Assembly: GCA_031283585.1 (NCBI GenBank)
Contig: JAITBP010000007.1
Coordinates: 69,327-101,326 of the forward strand
Direction of reading: 5' to 3'
From: Puniceicoccales bacterium
GTDB taxonomy: Bacteria > Verrucomicrobiota > Verrucomicrobiia > Opitutales > LL51
DNA length: 32,000 bases
The notes beneath the pieces were generated by a model. The model was given only the letters and a program-made list of their open reading frames with translations, was not told the origin of the DNA and did not search any database. The translations under genes and the position numbers were made by a program. Positions 13,171 to 23,086 of this stretch are shown here, one piece after another (the first letter of the stretch is position 1; each line of letters starts with the position of its first letter).

Positions 13171-13382
13171 CTGATAATGTTAATTATAGAGAGCTTTCCG
13201 TGGTAGAACTCGGTAAAAAATTGGCAGAAGCTCATGATGAGATGTTTCAATTGCGGCTTAAAAAATCATCTTCTCAGTTGGAAAATTCTGCCTTCATTAC
13301 AAAAACGCGAAAAAAAATTGCAAAAATTAAGACTTTTTTGAGACAAAAGTCTTGCAAGTCCAGTCAAATGCCAACATGTTAG
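13167..13382 (+). CDS. rpmC: 50S ribosomal protein L29
   Basis: 71 aa. ATGA overlap with the rplP stop. ELSVVELGKKLAEAHDEMFQLRLKKSSSQLEN is a typical L29 helix. Confidence 0.85.
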   Translation: MTDNVNYRELSVVELGKKLAEAHDEMFQLRLKKSSSQLENSAFITKTRKKIAKIKTFLRQKSCKSSQMPTC

Positions 13383-13393
13383 AGGAGTATAGT

Positions 13394-13678
13394 ATGTCTG
13401 GGAGTTGTCATAGTATAAGTAGAAAAAATGCGCGAAAGAAGTTGGTAGGTATTGTGACCGGACGTTGCGGTGACAAAACCATCAAAGTTGCCTACTCTTA
13501 TAAAGTTCCACATCCTCTTTATAAAAAGGAAATTAAGCGAAGGACATTGGTCCATGTCCATGATCAAAATAACGAGTGTTCCGTTGGCGACGAGATTGAA
13601 ATAATGGAAACGCGGCCTTTGAGTAAATTAAAACGTTGGCGTTTCGTGGGAATAGTAAAAAAAGCACCCATTTTGTGA
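13394..13678 (+). CDS. rpsQ: 30S ribosomal protein S17
   Basis: KKLVGIVTGRCGDKTIKV, HPLYKK and ETRPLSKLKRW motifs. ATG 13394 is preceded by an AGGAG SD; the upstream part of the listed ORF overlaps rpmC. Confidence 0.9.
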   Translation: MSGSCHSISRKNARKKLVGIVTGRCGDKTIKVAYSYKVPHPLYKKEIKRRTLVHVHDQNNECSVGDEIEIMETRPLSKLKRWRFVGIVKKAPIL

Positions 13679-13714
13679 TGTAAAGTAAATAAAATAGAAA
13701 GGTTTTTATATTAT

Positions 13715-14080
13715 ATGTTGCAACAACAAAGTATATTGGATGTGGCGGACAATACCGGCGCTAAAAAGGCGATGATGATTCGGCGGCTTGGTCAGAATAA
13801 GCGAACTGCTTCGGTAGGAGACATTATAGTTGTCACAATAAAAGATAGCATTCCTGAAGCATCTGTGAAAAAAGGTACTGTTGCTAAGGCAGTTATAGTC
13901 AGAACAACCTATCCCGTAAGGCGTGAAGATGGCAGTTATCTTCGGTTCGACAGCAATGCCTGTGTATTGATAGATGATAAAAATAATCCGTCGGGGACGA
14001 GAATTTTTGGTCCGATCGCTCGTGAACTGCGACAGAAAAATTTTATGAAAATAATATCGCTATCTCCGGAGGTAATATGA
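13715..14080 (+). CDS. rplN: 50S ribosomal protein L14
   Basis: [19 protein letters not shown]-terminus, 121 aa. Confidence 0.96.
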   Translation: MLQQQSILDVADNTGAKKAMMIRRLGQNKRTASVGDIIVVTIKDSIPEASVKKGTVAKAVIVRTTYPVRREDGSYLRFDSNACVLIDDKNNPSGTRIFGPIARELRQKNFMKIISLSPEVI

Positions 14081-14334
14081 AATATTCTATAAAAAAAGGT
14101 GATGACGTGGTTGTTATTTCCGGTTCGAATAGAGGAGAAAGAGGTCGCGTGATTCGCGTGTTGCGTGATTCGTGTCGAGTTACAATAGAAGGGGTTGCAT
14201 TACGAAAGAAGTTCGTGAAAAAAAGTCAGACCAACCCGGAAGGCGGTGAAATTAAAATGGAATCGGCGATCCACTATTCCAATGTTATGTTAGCATCTAG
14301 GTACGATTCAAAACGGACAAAGCCTGTCAAATGA
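14077..14334 (+). CDS. rplX: 50S ribosomal protein L24
   Basis: KOW motif [25 protein letters not shown] overlap with the rplN stop. Confidence 0.9.
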   Translation: MKYSIKKGDDVVVISGSNRGERGRVIRVLRDSCRVTIEGVALRKKFVKKSQTNPEGGEIKMESAIHYSNVMLASRYDSKRTKPVK

Positions 14335-14371
14335 ATGATGATATGTTGTTGTGGTAGTAATAGTTATGGTT

Positions 14372-14926
14372 ATGAAAATTAGATCTACATTGAAGGATTT
14401 ATATCTAAAAGTGGTTGTTCCTGAACTCGAAAAAGTTCACGGATATCGTAATCGTCATGATGTTCCAAAGCTCGAAAAAATTGTCGTGAATTCTGCGATA
14501 AATTCAAGTTGTGATAAATCTTACATTGAGGATCTTACGAAAGATATAGGTTTGATAACCGGCCAAAAACCTGTGCTAATTGCCGCAAGGAAAAGTATCT
14601 CTAACTTCAAGCTGAGGAAAGGGATGCCGAACGGAGTGAAAGTTACATTACGAGGTGATAGCATGTACGATTTTTTTCTAAGGTTCACATGTATTTCTCT
14701 GCCAATAGTTAGGGATTTTAGAGGAGTTTCGAGTAAAATGGATGGTCGTGGTAATTACACCGTGGGTGTGACTGATCACACCATATTTCCTGAGATTAGT
14801 GTTGACCGAGAGAAAAAAATTGTAGGAATGGACATATCGTTTATTACTACGGCGAAGACCGATAACGAAGGACGCGATCTTCTAAGGATGTTAGGGATGC
14901 CTTTCAAGAAAAAAATTAATGTGTAA
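14372..14926 (+). CDS. rplE: 50S ribosomal protein L5
   Basis: The L5-like N-terminus [21 protein letters not shown] aligns with the usual start. In-frame GTG 14351 and ATG 14366 are also possible. Confidence 0.92.
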   Translation: MKIRSTLKDLYLKVVVPELEKVHGYRNRHDVPKLEKIVVNSAINSSCDKSYIEDLTKDIGLITGQKPVLIAARKSISNFKLRKGMPNGVKVTLRGDSMYDFFLRFTCISLPIVRDFRGVSSKMDGRGNYTVGVTDHTIFPEISVDREKKIVGMDISFITTAKTDNEGRDLLRMLGMPFKKKINV

Positions 14927-14931
14927 TAACT

Positions 14932-15237
14932 ATGGCAAAAATTTCGGTGATAAAAAGAAATGAAAAGCGCAAAGCTCTCGTGGCTAAATTTGCGGCGAAA
15001 AGAGCTGAATACAAAAAAATACTTCGCGATCAAAATGTGGAGGATGCGGTGTTTTTTGAAACGTTGCGTAAATTGAACAAACTTTCAAGGAATTCGTCGT
15101 CGGTACGCGTTAGAAATAGGTGCTGCATAACCGGTAGACCTCGCGCATTTCATGGAAGATTCGGTGTGTCGAGGCTTCAGTTGAGAGAATTTGCTCTGGC
15201 CGGATTGATTCCTGGATTGGTTAAGGCTTCTTGGTAG
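14932..15237 (+). CDS. rpsN: 30S ribosomal protein S14 (long, 101-aa form)
   Basis: C-terminal [41 protein letters not shown]. Confidence 0.92.
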   Translation: MAKISVIKRNEKRKALVAKFAAKRAEYKKILRDQNVEDAVFFETLRKLNKLSRNSSSVRVRNRCCITGRPRAFHGRFGVSRLQLREFALAGLIPGLVKASW

Positions 15238-15253
15238 TTTAGGGTGTGATTTC

Positions 15254-15643
15254 ATGGATACCGTAGGAGATTTTTTAACCGCTATAAGAAATGCAAGTGC
15301 CGCTGGCAAAGAGAGTTGTGTTTTCCCATTTTCGAAAATGAGAGAGTCCATCGCCGCTATTTTGAAGGCCAATGGTTATATTGCGGATTGTTTTAAAATT
15401 AATACAGAAAAAGGTGTTTTAATGTTGAAAGTTTGCATTAAATACGTAAAGGATAAACCTGCGATAGTGGAACTTATGCGTTGTAGTAAACCTGGGTGTA
15501 GGATTTATTTTGGTGCGAAATCGATACCACCGGTCATTAATGGTTTGGGCATGTCCATTCTCAGCACATCCAAAGGGGTAATGTCAAATCGTGAAGCATT
15601 CAGGCTGAATGTAGGTGGTGAACTGTTATGTAAGGTTTGGTAG
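15254..15643 (+). CDS. rpsH: 30S ribosomal protein S8
   Basis: DTVGDFLTAIRNA N-terminus, 129 aa, canonical slot. Confidence 0.93.
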   Translation: MDTVGDFLTAIRNASAAGKESCVFPFSKMRESIAAILKANGYIADCFKINTEKGVLMLKVCIKYVKDKPAIVELMRCSKPGCRIYFGAKSIPPVINGLGMSILSTSKGVMSNREAFRLNVGGELLCKVW

Positions 15644-15654
15644 GTGAATATGTT

Positions 15655-16194
15655 ATGAGTAGAATTGGAAAATTACCAATAGAAATACCAGCGGCTGTTA
15701 CCGTTACCGTTGATGGTGATGTGGTTAATGTGACCGGTCCCCAGGGAAAGCTCAGCAAAAAATTCGATTCGTCGGTTATTATAAGTACTTCTGCCGGAGT
15801 TGTTTCTGTAACATGCAAAGATAGCAATAATGCCCATTCATTGGCTATGCACGGTACGGTTAGGTCTATTATAAATGCGATGATAATCGGTGTTCAGAAA
15901 TGTTTTTCGAAAAATCTCGAAATAAATGGAGTTGGGTTCAAAGCCGCTATCTCCGGCAATGAATTGGATTTATCCCTAGGATATTCGCATCCAATACGTT
16001 ACAAGGTGCCAGAGGGAATAAAAATTGTGATTAGGGAAAATACGAAAATTTTGGTCGAAGGCGCGGATAAACATATGGTCGGGCAGGTTGCCGCTGATAT
16101 AAAGCATTTTTATCCGGTTGAACCCTATAAGGGAAAAGGAGTTAGAATTGTGGGCGAACATGTTCGCAGAAAAGATGGTAAAAAGGCGTCCTAG
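15655..16194 (+). CDS. rplF: 50S ribosomal protein L6
   Basis: MSRIGKLPIEIP N-terminus at ATG 15655 with an AGGTG SD; YKGKGVR near the C-terminus. Confidence 0.93.
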   Translation: MSRIGKLPIEIPAAVTVTVDGDVVNVTGPQGKLSKKFDSSVIISTSAGVVSVTCKDSNNAHSLAMHGTVRSIINAMIIGVQKCFSKNLEINGVGFKAAISGNELDLSLGYSHPIRYKVPEGIKIVIRENTKILVEGADKHMVGQVAADIKHFYPVEPYKGKGVRIVGEHVRRKDGKKAS

Positions 16195-16205
16195 GATATT
16201 TGTTT

Positions 16206-16568
16206 ATGAATTGTAAAAATAAAAAGAAATCGCAGGAAAGAAAAAAACTTAGAGTTAGGCAACGGATTCATGGCACAACGTTAAGACCTAGATTGTCTGT
16301 TTATTTCAGCGCTAAACATGTTTATGCTCAGTGCATAAACGATGACACGGGTTCGACGGTTGCTGCACTATCGACACTGTCTTCCAAGTTTAAGGACAAA
16401 AAACTCAAGCCAAACGTCGATGGCGCCGGCGAATTTGGCCTTGAATTTGGGAAACATGCCCTGGCCTGTGGAGTTAAACAGGTGGTGTTCGATCGTGGCA
16501 TAAGAAAGTTTCATGGTGTGGTCGCCTCGTTCGCAAATGCTGCAAGGTCATCTGGGTTAAGCTTTTAG
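16206..16568 (+). CDS. rplR: 50S ribosomal protein L18
   Basis: RKKLRVRQRIHGTTLRPRLSVYFSAKHVYAQCIND and FDRG..KFHGVVASFANAARSSGLSF. Confidence 0.9.
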   Translation: MNCKNKKKSQERKKLRVRQRIHGTTLRPRLSVYFSAKHVYAQCINDDTGSTVAALSTLSSKFKDKKLKPNVDGAGEFGLEFGKHALACGVKQVVFDRGIRKFHGVVASFANAARSSGLSF

Positions 16569-16574
16569 TATATT

Positions 16575-17150
16575 ATGAATGGCGATAGAAATTTTTCTGG
16601 TTTTTTCGGTGCTAATAGTGGTTTTCGCGGTAGAAGAAAGCGCGATAGTGGTGAAGCCACTAAAGATCCGCGCGATCCCGAAAATCAATTTGTGGACAAG
16701 GTTGTGCGAATAAATCGTTGCGCGAAAGTTGTTAAAGGCGGGCGTAGGTTTGGATTTTCCGCATTGGCAGTGGTGGGCGACAAGGCCGGACGCGTGGGTA
16801 TTGGTCTGGGCAAAGCAAAAGAAACGCCGGATGCGGTCCGTAAAGCCATTGAGCAGGCTAAGAAAAACATAAAACCCTACTCTATCCATAGTTCCACTGT
16901 TCCACATGTAGTTGTCGGTGTTGCAGATGGAGGTCGAGTGTTGCTGCGTCCAGCCGCACCTGGCACCGGAATCATAGCCGGCGGTGGCGTTCGGGCTGTT
17001 CTGGAAGTCCTTGGCGTAACAGATATTCTCACAAAGTCAATGGGATCGAATAATCCATTTGCAATGGTAAGAGCAACCCTGGATGCGCTTTCGCAACTCA
17101 GGACAAAGGAAGAGGTTATGGCCATACGCAATGCAAACTGTGACTGTTAA
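16575..17150 (+). CDS. rpsE: 30S ribosomal protein S5 (with an N-terminal extension of about 25 aa)
   Basis: [27 protein letters not shown] and [12 protein letters not shown] motifs. Confidence 0.93.
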   Translation: MNGDRNFSGFFGANSGFRGRRKRDSGEATKDPRDPENQFVDKVVRINRCAKVVKGGRRFGFSALAVVGDKAGRVGIGLGKAKETPDAVRKAIEQAKKNIKPYSIHSSTVPHVVVGVADGGRVLLRPAAPGTGIIAGGGVRAVLEVLGVTDILTKSMGSNNPFAMVRATLDALSQLRTKEEVMAIRNANCDC

Positions 17151-17169
17151 TTTATTGGGTTAATTGGTG

Positions 17170-17625
17170 ATGAAATTACATAATTTAGTTAAAATTGGAA
17201 ATAGCGATCATAACCGCCGGCGAGGACGTGGTGATAGTAGCGGAAGAGGCGGAACCAGTGGCCGCGGCCATAAGGGCGGAAAGGCAAGGTCTGGCTATTC
17301 GCCGGCGCCCTGCTGTTGCGGAATCCCCTACTATAGAAGGTTACCGAAACGTGGCTTCAAAAATTTTTTGTTCAAAACCGATGTGGCTATTGTAAATATT
17401 TCAAGCCTAGCCCGGCTAACCGAAGACTTGATTGACAGATCCACACTGATAAAGTATGGGCTTGTGGACAAAGGTGATATGATCATAAAAGTGCTTGGAA
17501 GCGGAGAACTTGACAGAAAAATCACCGTAACGGCCGATTTTTTTTCGACGGCAGCGGAAAAGAAAATATTGGACGCCGGCGGATCCGTGGTCAAACTGGC
17601 CTCCGGGGCAAAAATTGAAGATTAA
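17170..17625 (+). CDS. rplO: 50S ribosomal protein L15
   Basis: MKLHNL start, GRGHKGGKARSG and YRRLPKRGF motifs. The conserved EGG loop is replaced (see findings). Confidence 0.9.
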   Translation: MKLHNLVKIGNSDHNRRRGRGDSSGRGGTSGRGHKGGKARSGYSPAPCCCGIPYYRRLPKRGFKNFLFKTDVAIVNISSLARLTEDLIDRSTLIKYGLVDKGDMIIKVLGSGELDRKITVTADFFSTAAEKKILDAGGSVVKLASGAKIED

Positions 17626-17639
17626 ATTGGCGTTATTAC

Positions 17640-19148
17640 ATGTTTTTAGCATTTATAAATTGCATAAAAATTCCCGAACTGAGAAAAAAGATATTTTTTA
17701 CTCTGTCCATGATTTTTGTCGCTAGGATCGGGGCTAGCATTCCACTTCCAGGCTTAGATCCTAAGCCATTGTGCGATTTTTTTACAAAACAAAACAGTTC
17801 TTCGGGTGGACTGGTCGGGCTCTATGACATGTTTACCGGCGGTGCTTTTTTAAAAGGAGCTATTTTTGGCCTAGGCGTAATGCCATACATAAGTGCGTCC
17901 ATAATATTACAACTCCTTACGGCTGTTACACCTAGCCTCGCAAGGATCCAAAGAGAACATGGCGGTCGTCAGAGAATCGCCCAGTACACCAGGTATCTAA
18001 CCGTGTTGATTTGTCTGATTCAGGGCATTCTGTTGGTACTCGCTCTCGCAAACTATCCAGAGAAGCTGTTTATGGGCTTCGATAAAGAAAAATACGGGGA
18101 CATAGTTGTGATGAACCGTGGAATGTTTTTTGTCACATCCACCATATTTTTGACGGCCGGTACGATGATTTTGACCTGGTTTGGCGAAAGAATCACGCAA
18201 TTTGGCATAGGTAATGGTGTTTCCGTGTTGATAACCGTAGGCATCCTGTCTTCGCTGCCAAAGGCCATATATTGTTTATGTGGAATGCTTAGCACACCGC
18301 TTGGCGAGGAAAAATCCATTCTTGGAGCATCCCAATTGGGCCTGATGATGATTTTACTTCTTATAGTCGTAAGCAGCATGGTGGCTGTTACCCAGGCCGT
18401 GAGAAAAATTCCAGTACAATACGCGAAGCAGGTCATTGGCAGGAAGGTTATGGGTGGCCAAGCGTCGGTGTTGCCATTGAAAGTCAACTATGCCGGTGTC
18501 ATGCCAGTTATATTTGCTAGCACGATATTAATGTTTCCGCAGCAAGTACTTGCATACATTGGTGGCGCAACAGGTATTTCATTTTTTCAAAAAATGTCAG
18601 TCATCCTGTCCCACGGCTCCAAGGTTTATTATACGATCTATGGCACATTAATACTGGTATTCAGCTACTTCTGGGTTTCCATCATGTTTAAACCTACCCA
18701 GGTCGCCGATGATTTGAAGAGAAATAACGGCTATATTCTTGGAATTCGGCCAGGGGCTGCGACGGCAGAGTTTTTGGATTTTGTAATGACACGGCTCACT
18801 TTGGCCGGCGCTATCTTCTTGACTGTAATAGCTTTATTGCCGGATTTGGTATATTTTTCGTTTGGAGTTCCCTATCAAATTGCCATGTTTTTTGGAGGAA
18901 CCGGAACATTGATCTCCGTCGGAGTCATACTGGAGACGATGAAACAAATGGAGGTGCACTTGCTGGAAAGAAACTATGACGGATTTTGGGCCAAGGGGAA
19001 AATCAGGACCAGAGCGCTGCCATCAGGCGGTGAACAGGGCACATCTCGGGATGTTATTGAGTTCATTAGAAGGACTAGAAAATTTTGGATTGCAGTCGGT
19101 ATTCTGATGATTGTTGGACTCATATCATTCTTTCTAAGAAAGAGATAG
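17640..19148 (+). CDS. secY: Preprotein translocase SecY (with a C-terminal extension of about 50 aa)
   Basis: 502 aa polytopic membrane protein in the canonical slot after rplO. SecY-like segments GLGVMPYISASIILQLL and VNYAGVMPVIFASTILMFP. Confidence 0.95.
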   Translation: MFLAFINCIKIPELRKKIFFTLSMIFVARIGASIPLPGLDPKPLCDFFTKQNSSSGGLVGLYDMFTGGAFLKGAIFGLGVMPYISASIILQLLTAVTPSLARIQREHGGRQRIAQYTRYLTVLICLIQGILLVLALANYPEKLFMGFDKEKYGDIVVMNRGMFFVTSTIFLTAGTMILTWFGERITQFGIGNGVSVLITVGILSSLPKAIYCLCGMLSTPLGEEKSILGASQLGLMMILLLIVVSSMVAVTQAVRKIPVQYAKQVIGRKVMGGQASVLPLKVNYAGVMPVIFASTILMFPQQVLAYIGGATGISFFQKMSVILSHGSKVYYTIYGTLILVFSYFWVSIMFKPTQVADDLKRNNGYILGIRPGAATAEFLDFVMTRLTLAGAIFLTVIALLPDLVYFSFGVPYQIAMFFGGTGTLISVGVILETMKQMEVHLLERNYDGFWAKGKIRTRALPSGGEQGTSRDVIEFIRRTRKFWIAVGILMIVGLISFFLRKR

Positions 19149-19159
19149 GTTCGCAATGT

Positions 19160-19927
19160 ATGATAAATATTAGGACAGAATCCGATATACTGAAAATGAG
19201 AAAAGCAGGACAGGTTGCAGCGGCGGTTTTGGATGATGTGGTTTCCCAGGTGAAAATTGGCATTTCCACCGCACAGCTCAACGAGTTAACGTTCGAATCC
19301 ATGAAAAATCACGGGGCCACCAGCGCCACCTATAACTATAAAAGTGGCAATAAAGTATTTCCAGGCTATGCCTGTTTTTCCATAAACGATGTGGTCGTCC
19401 ACGGGATCCCGTCGAATCAGATTCTATTGACCGATGGCGATATTATAAGTATCGATGTCGCAACATTTTATGACGGCTTTGTCGGCGATAACACAAAAAC
19501 AGTTTTGGTTGGCCAGGTGGACGAGTCCGTTAAAAGTTTGGTAAATGCAACGGAGTTGGCGCTTCAGGCTGGCATAGATGCCGCGGTCGAAGGTAATCGG
19601 GTTGGCGATATTTCCTATGCAATTCAATGTTGTGCGGCTATGCATGGCTACGGTGTTGTAAAAGAGCTTGTCGGCCATGGTGTTGGGAGAAATATGCATG
19701 AAGAACCACAGGTACCAAATTATGGCAGACCAAACACCGGTCCTCTGTTGAAAAAAGGCATGACCATAGCCATAGAACCGATGTTAACCCTAGGAAAATC
19801 CGACATATCCGTCGACGATGACGGGTGGACCATAAGAACCACCGACGGATCCGTGGCCGCTCACTGCGAACATACCATATTAATCACAAATAATGAACCA
19901 GAAGTGTTGACTTTGTTAAAAAAATGA
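19160..19927 (+). CDS. map: Methionine aminopeptidase, type I
   Basis: Metal-ligand context DGDIISIDV, FVGDNTKT, GHGVG, AIEPM and CEHTILIT. ATG 19160 chosen because the upstream part of the listed ORF overlaps the secY tail. Confidence 0.93.
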   Translation: MINIRTESDILKMRKAGQVAAAVLDDVVSQVKIGISTAQLNELTFESMKNHGATSATYNYKSGNKVFPGYACFSINDVVVHGIPSNQILLTDGDIISIDVATFYDGFVGDNTKTVLVGQVDESVKSLVNATELALQAGIDAAVEGNRVGDISYAIQCCAAMHGYGVVKELVGHGVGRNMHEEPQVPNYGRPNTGPLLKKGMTIAIEPMLTLGKSDISVDDDGWTIRTTDGSVAAHCEHTILITNNEPEVLTLLKK

Positions 19928-19976
19928 TTTTCAAAAGCAAAAGTGTTGAGAAGTTAGTTTATCAAAAGGTAAAATT

Positions 19977-20354
19977 ATGCCACGTTTATTAGGAATAGAT
20001 ATACCGAATAATAAAAAGTTGCCCTTTGCGTTGCGCTATATATATGGCATCGGGCCTACGCGGGCCGATTTGATCGTCGAGCAGACCGGACTTAATCCAG
20101 ACATGCGTTCCAATGAGTTGACCGAAGAAGATATAAACAAAATATCGTCGACTATTGTTGAAAATGGATGGAAAATTGAAGGTGACTTGCGCCGGGAGAT
20201 TGTTTCAAATCTCAAACGATTGCAGGCAATTAAGTGTTATCGTGGTCTACGACATTACCGTGGACTTCCGGTGCGCGGACAACGGACCTCAACCAATGCA
20301 AGAACGAGGAAAGGCTCCAGGAAAACGGTTGGTGTTTTGCGTGGTAAAAAGTAG
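19977..20354 (+). CDS. rpsM: 30S ribosomal protein S13
   Basis: [23 protein letters not shown] and [26 protein letters not shown]. Confidence 0.95.
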   Translation: MPRLLGIDIPNNKKLPFALRYIYGIGPTRADLIVEQTGLNPDMRSNELTEEDINKISSTIVENGWKIEGDLRREIVSNLKRLQAIKCYRGLRHYRGLPVRGQRTSTNARTRKGSRKTVGVLRGKK

Positions 20355-20369
20355 TAGATATGCGCGGTT

Positions 20370-20846
20370 ATGAGTGACGAAATAAAAAAGAAGGATGATC
20401 TTCCGGTTGATTCGGCCCAAAAAACCGAAGCATCGGTTACGGATCTTCTTGGCGATGAGGTTGGAGACGTTAAAATCCGTCGTGCCAAAAATAGCAGAAA
20501 TATTACCCGGGGACTATGTCATATATTGGCCACATTTAACAACACAAAGGTTTGTTTTTCAGATCCGGCTGGCAATGTGATATCCTGGTCGAGTTCCGGA
20601 AAATGCAACTTCAGGGGCTCAAGAAAATCCACAGCCTATGCTGCGCAGATTGTTACCCAGGACGCTGGCAAAGTTGCTATGTCCCACGGACTTAAGGAAG
20701 TTGATGTGAAGGTTAAGGGGCCAGGAATGGGTCGCGATTCGGCCATACGGACGTTGCAATCTTTAGGCTTGACTGTTTACAGCATTCTTGATGATACGCC
20801 TCTTCCGCATAATGGTTGTCGCCCGCCGAAACGTAGGCGAGTGTAA
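20370..20846 (+). CDS. rpsK: 30S ribosomal protein S11 (with an N-terminal extension of about 28 aa)
   Basis: [39 protein letters not shown] and [13 protein letters not shown]. Confidence 0.93.
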   Translation: MSDEIKKKDDLPVDSAQKTEASVTDLLGDEVGDVKIRRAKNSRNITRGLCHILATFNNTKVCFSDPAGNVISWSSSGKCNFRGSRKSTAYAAQIVTQDAGKVAMSHGLKEVDVKVKGPGMGRDSAIRTLQSLGLTVYSILDDTPLPHNGCRPPKRRRV

Positions 20847-20867
20847 GTGTGATAATAGGAGGAAGTT

Positions 20868-21476
20868 ATGTCTCGTTATACCGGTCCAAAAGCAAGAATT
20901 AATAGACGTTTCAACCAGGAAATATTCCCGGATTGTAGGGCTGTGGAGCGCAAGCCCTATCTGCCTGGCATACATGGTCCACGGCTACGTCGTCGCACAT
21001 CCGAGTATTCCGTTGGGTTGAACGAAAAACAAAAATTGCGGTTTATGTACGGTTTGACCGAAAAGCAGTTTCGGCTGATATTCGATACGGCTAAAGGGTT
21101 GCCTGGCATCACAAGCGAGCGGTTTATGTGCCTACTGGAGATGAGGTTAGATAGCATTGTTTATCTGCTTGGGTTAGCTAAAACCCGACGGGCGGCACGG
21201 CAATTTGTATCCCACAGGCACGTTACGGTGAACGGCCGTTGTGTGGATATCGCCAGCTATCTGTGTAAAATTGGCGACAGCGTAGGTGTTAAAAATTCAT
21301 CCCAGTCAAAGAGATATGCAACACAAAGCATTGCTGACTCGATCTACAGGTCGATTCCAGCTTGGTTGTCCCAGGATAAAACCATGTTGAATGGAAAAAT
21401 CGAACGCGATCCACTTCCAGAAGAACTGGATAAGAAAATAAACGGACAATTGATAGTTGAATTTTATAATAGATAG
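20868..21476 (+). CDS. rpsD: 30S ribosomal protein S4
   Basis: MSRYTGPKARINRRF N-terminus and S4 RNA-binding region LDSIVYLLGLAKTRRAARQFVSHRHVTVNG. Confidence 0.93.
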   Translation: MSRYTGPKARINRRFNQEIFPDCRAVERKPYLPGIHGPRLRRRTSEYSVGLNEKQKLRFMYGLTEKQFRLIFDTAKGLPGITSERFMCLLEMRLDSIVYLLGLAKTRRAARQFVSHRHVTVNGRCVDIASYLCKIGDSVGVKNSSQSKRYATQSIADSIYRSIPAWLSQDKTMLNGKIERDPLPEELDKKINGQLIVEFYNR

Positions 21477-21489
21477 TTTTTTTTAATTT

Positions 21490-22491
21490 ATGATTAAGCG
21501 TCTGGGTAAGTTTGAGTTGCCGAAAAAGTTGACCAAAGTTGATGGGACAGCCACGGATACCTATTCAATGTATGTGGCAGAACCGTTTGAGTCAGGCTAT
21601 GGACATAGTATAGGTAACTCCTTGAGGCGGATACTGTTAAATTCCATAGAAGGGGCTGCAGTTTCGTCGATAAGGATAGCTGGTGTTCAGCATGAATATC
21701 AGAGTATGCCGGGCGTGGTCGAAGACGTCATCGACATAGTGCTTAATCTGAAGAAGGTTTTATTCAAAAGCGCAACGAATAACCCGCCGCCATTGCAAAT
21801 AGATGTTGATAGAGAAGGAGTTGTGTTGGCATCTGATATAATTTGCCCCGATGGTGTTACGGTTATAAATCCAGATCAATTGATATGCACAATAAACAGT
21901 AAGCGTAAGCTACACATAACCATGGAGGTCAAAGTTGGCCGAGGCTATTTTATCGCCGATGACAATAAAAAACCCGACCAGGATATTGGTGTTATTCCGA
22001 TAGATTCGCTTTTTAGTCCGGTGAAGCTTGCAAGATATTACGTTGAAGACACGCGGGTGGGCCAGGTGACCGACTTTGATAAATTGATTTTGGAAATTTG
22101 GACCGATGGCAGGATTTCGCCGGACAATGCGCTAAAGGATTCTGTCGCAATAATGAAGCGACACCTGGAGGTCTTTGACAACATAACCGACGACATTATT
22201 GAGTTTGATTCGGCGGCCAGAGAAGTGACCGAGGAACAAAATAAGCTGCGTGTACTGTTGAATATGAGTGTCAACGAGATAGAGTTGTCGGTGCGAGCGG
22301 CAAATTGTTTAAACAACGCAAACATTACGACCGTCGGTGAGTTGGCGATGAAATCCGAAGCTGAAATGCTACGCTACAGAAATTTTGGTAAAAAATCACT
22401 CAATGAAATCAAGCATAAATTGGAGGAATTGGGGTTATCTCTTGGTATCAAGATCGATGAGCGGCTTCTCGACAATCCAATCAACAATTAA
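21490..22491 (+). CDS. rpoA: DNA-directed RNA polymerase alpha subunit
   Basis: N-terminal domain GNSLRRILLNSIEGAAV and C-terminal helix-hairpin-helix ELSVRAANCLNNANITTVGEL; 333 aa. Confidence 0.95.
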   Translation: MIKRLGKFELPKKLTKVDGTATDTYSMYVAEPFESGYGHSIGNSLRRILLNSIEGAAVSSIRIAGVQHEYQSMPGVVEDVIDIVLNLKKVLFKSATNNPPPLQIDVDREGVVLASDIICPDGVTVINPDQLICTINSKRKLHITMEVKVGRGYFIADDNKKPDQDIGVIPIDSLFSPVKLARYYVEDTRVGQVTDFDKLILEIWTDGRISPDNALKDSVAIMKRHLEVFDNITDDIIEFDSAAREVTEEQNKLRVLLNMSVNEIELSVRAANCLNNANITTVGELAMKSEAEMLRYRNFGKKSLNEIKHKLEELGLSLGIKIDERLLDNPINN

Positions 22492-22508
22492 TACGGAAAG
22501 GAGTTTTG

Positions 22509-23072
22509 ATGCGTCACGGCAAACATAAGTACTTATTAGGCAGGAAGAAAGAGCACAGAAAGGCTTTGATGGCAAATTTGGCAACAGCTTTTTTCAACCA
22601 TGGTAAAATAACGACGACTTTAGCTAAAGCGAAGGCATTGCGGCCTTTTGCCGAAAAAATAATAACCCTGGCGAAACACGCCAACGCAGCTACAGATCAA
22701 GCTGTTAAGTTACATTTTCGAAGGTTGGCGATCTCAAATGTGCGCAGCCCGGGAGCCATCAAAAAATTATTTGACGAAACTGTAACGGAGTTTTTAGACA
22801 GAAATGGCGGTTATACAAGGATTTACAAGTTATTGCCGCGCCGCGGTGATGACGCTAAGATGGCCATAATAGAACAGGTAAAAGCCGATGACCGTGGCTA
22901 TAAAAAGCAGAGCGCAAGTCGACGTAAACGAATGGCCGGTAAACACTCCGAAAAAAAGAAAGAAAGTGCAGAACTTCCTGATACTGAAGCTGTTATCGAA
23001 AGCAACCCGACTGCCAAAGGTGATGTGTTAGCCGAGGTGGTTGTCGACCCAGAATCAGAACCCAAAGTTTAG
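22509..23072 (+). CDS. rplQ: 50S ribosomal protein L17 (with a C-terminal Lys/Glu-rich extension of about 60 aa)
   Basis: MRHGKHKYLLGRKKEHRKALMANLA N-terminus; AAGGAG SD upstream. Confidence 0.9.
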   Translation: MRHGKHKYLLGRKKEHRKALMANLATAFFNHGKITTTLAKAKALRPFAEKIITLAKHANAATDQAVKLHFRRLAISNVRSPGAIKKLFDETVTEFLDRNGGYTRIYKLLPRRGDDAKMAIIEQVKADDRGYKKQSASRRKRMAGKHSEKKKESAELPDTEAVIESNPTAKGDVLAEVVVDPESEPKV

Positions 23073-23086
23073 AAAATCTCCAAGGA

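Noticed and set aside
14122-14130. GGTTCGAAT T-loop-like string
   Set aside because: It lies inside the rplX KOW-motif codons, with no acceptor or anticodon stem context. It is not a tRNA.
17195-17395. Alternative-frame + strand ORFs within rplO (17195-17395), rpsM/rpsK (20155-20373, 20395-20580) and rpsK/rpsD (20788-21021)
   Set aside because: They overlap conserved r-protein frames that carry clear family motifs. Their compositions are frame artefacts of the r-protein genes they overlap (Ala/Glu/Arg-rich in the rplO case).
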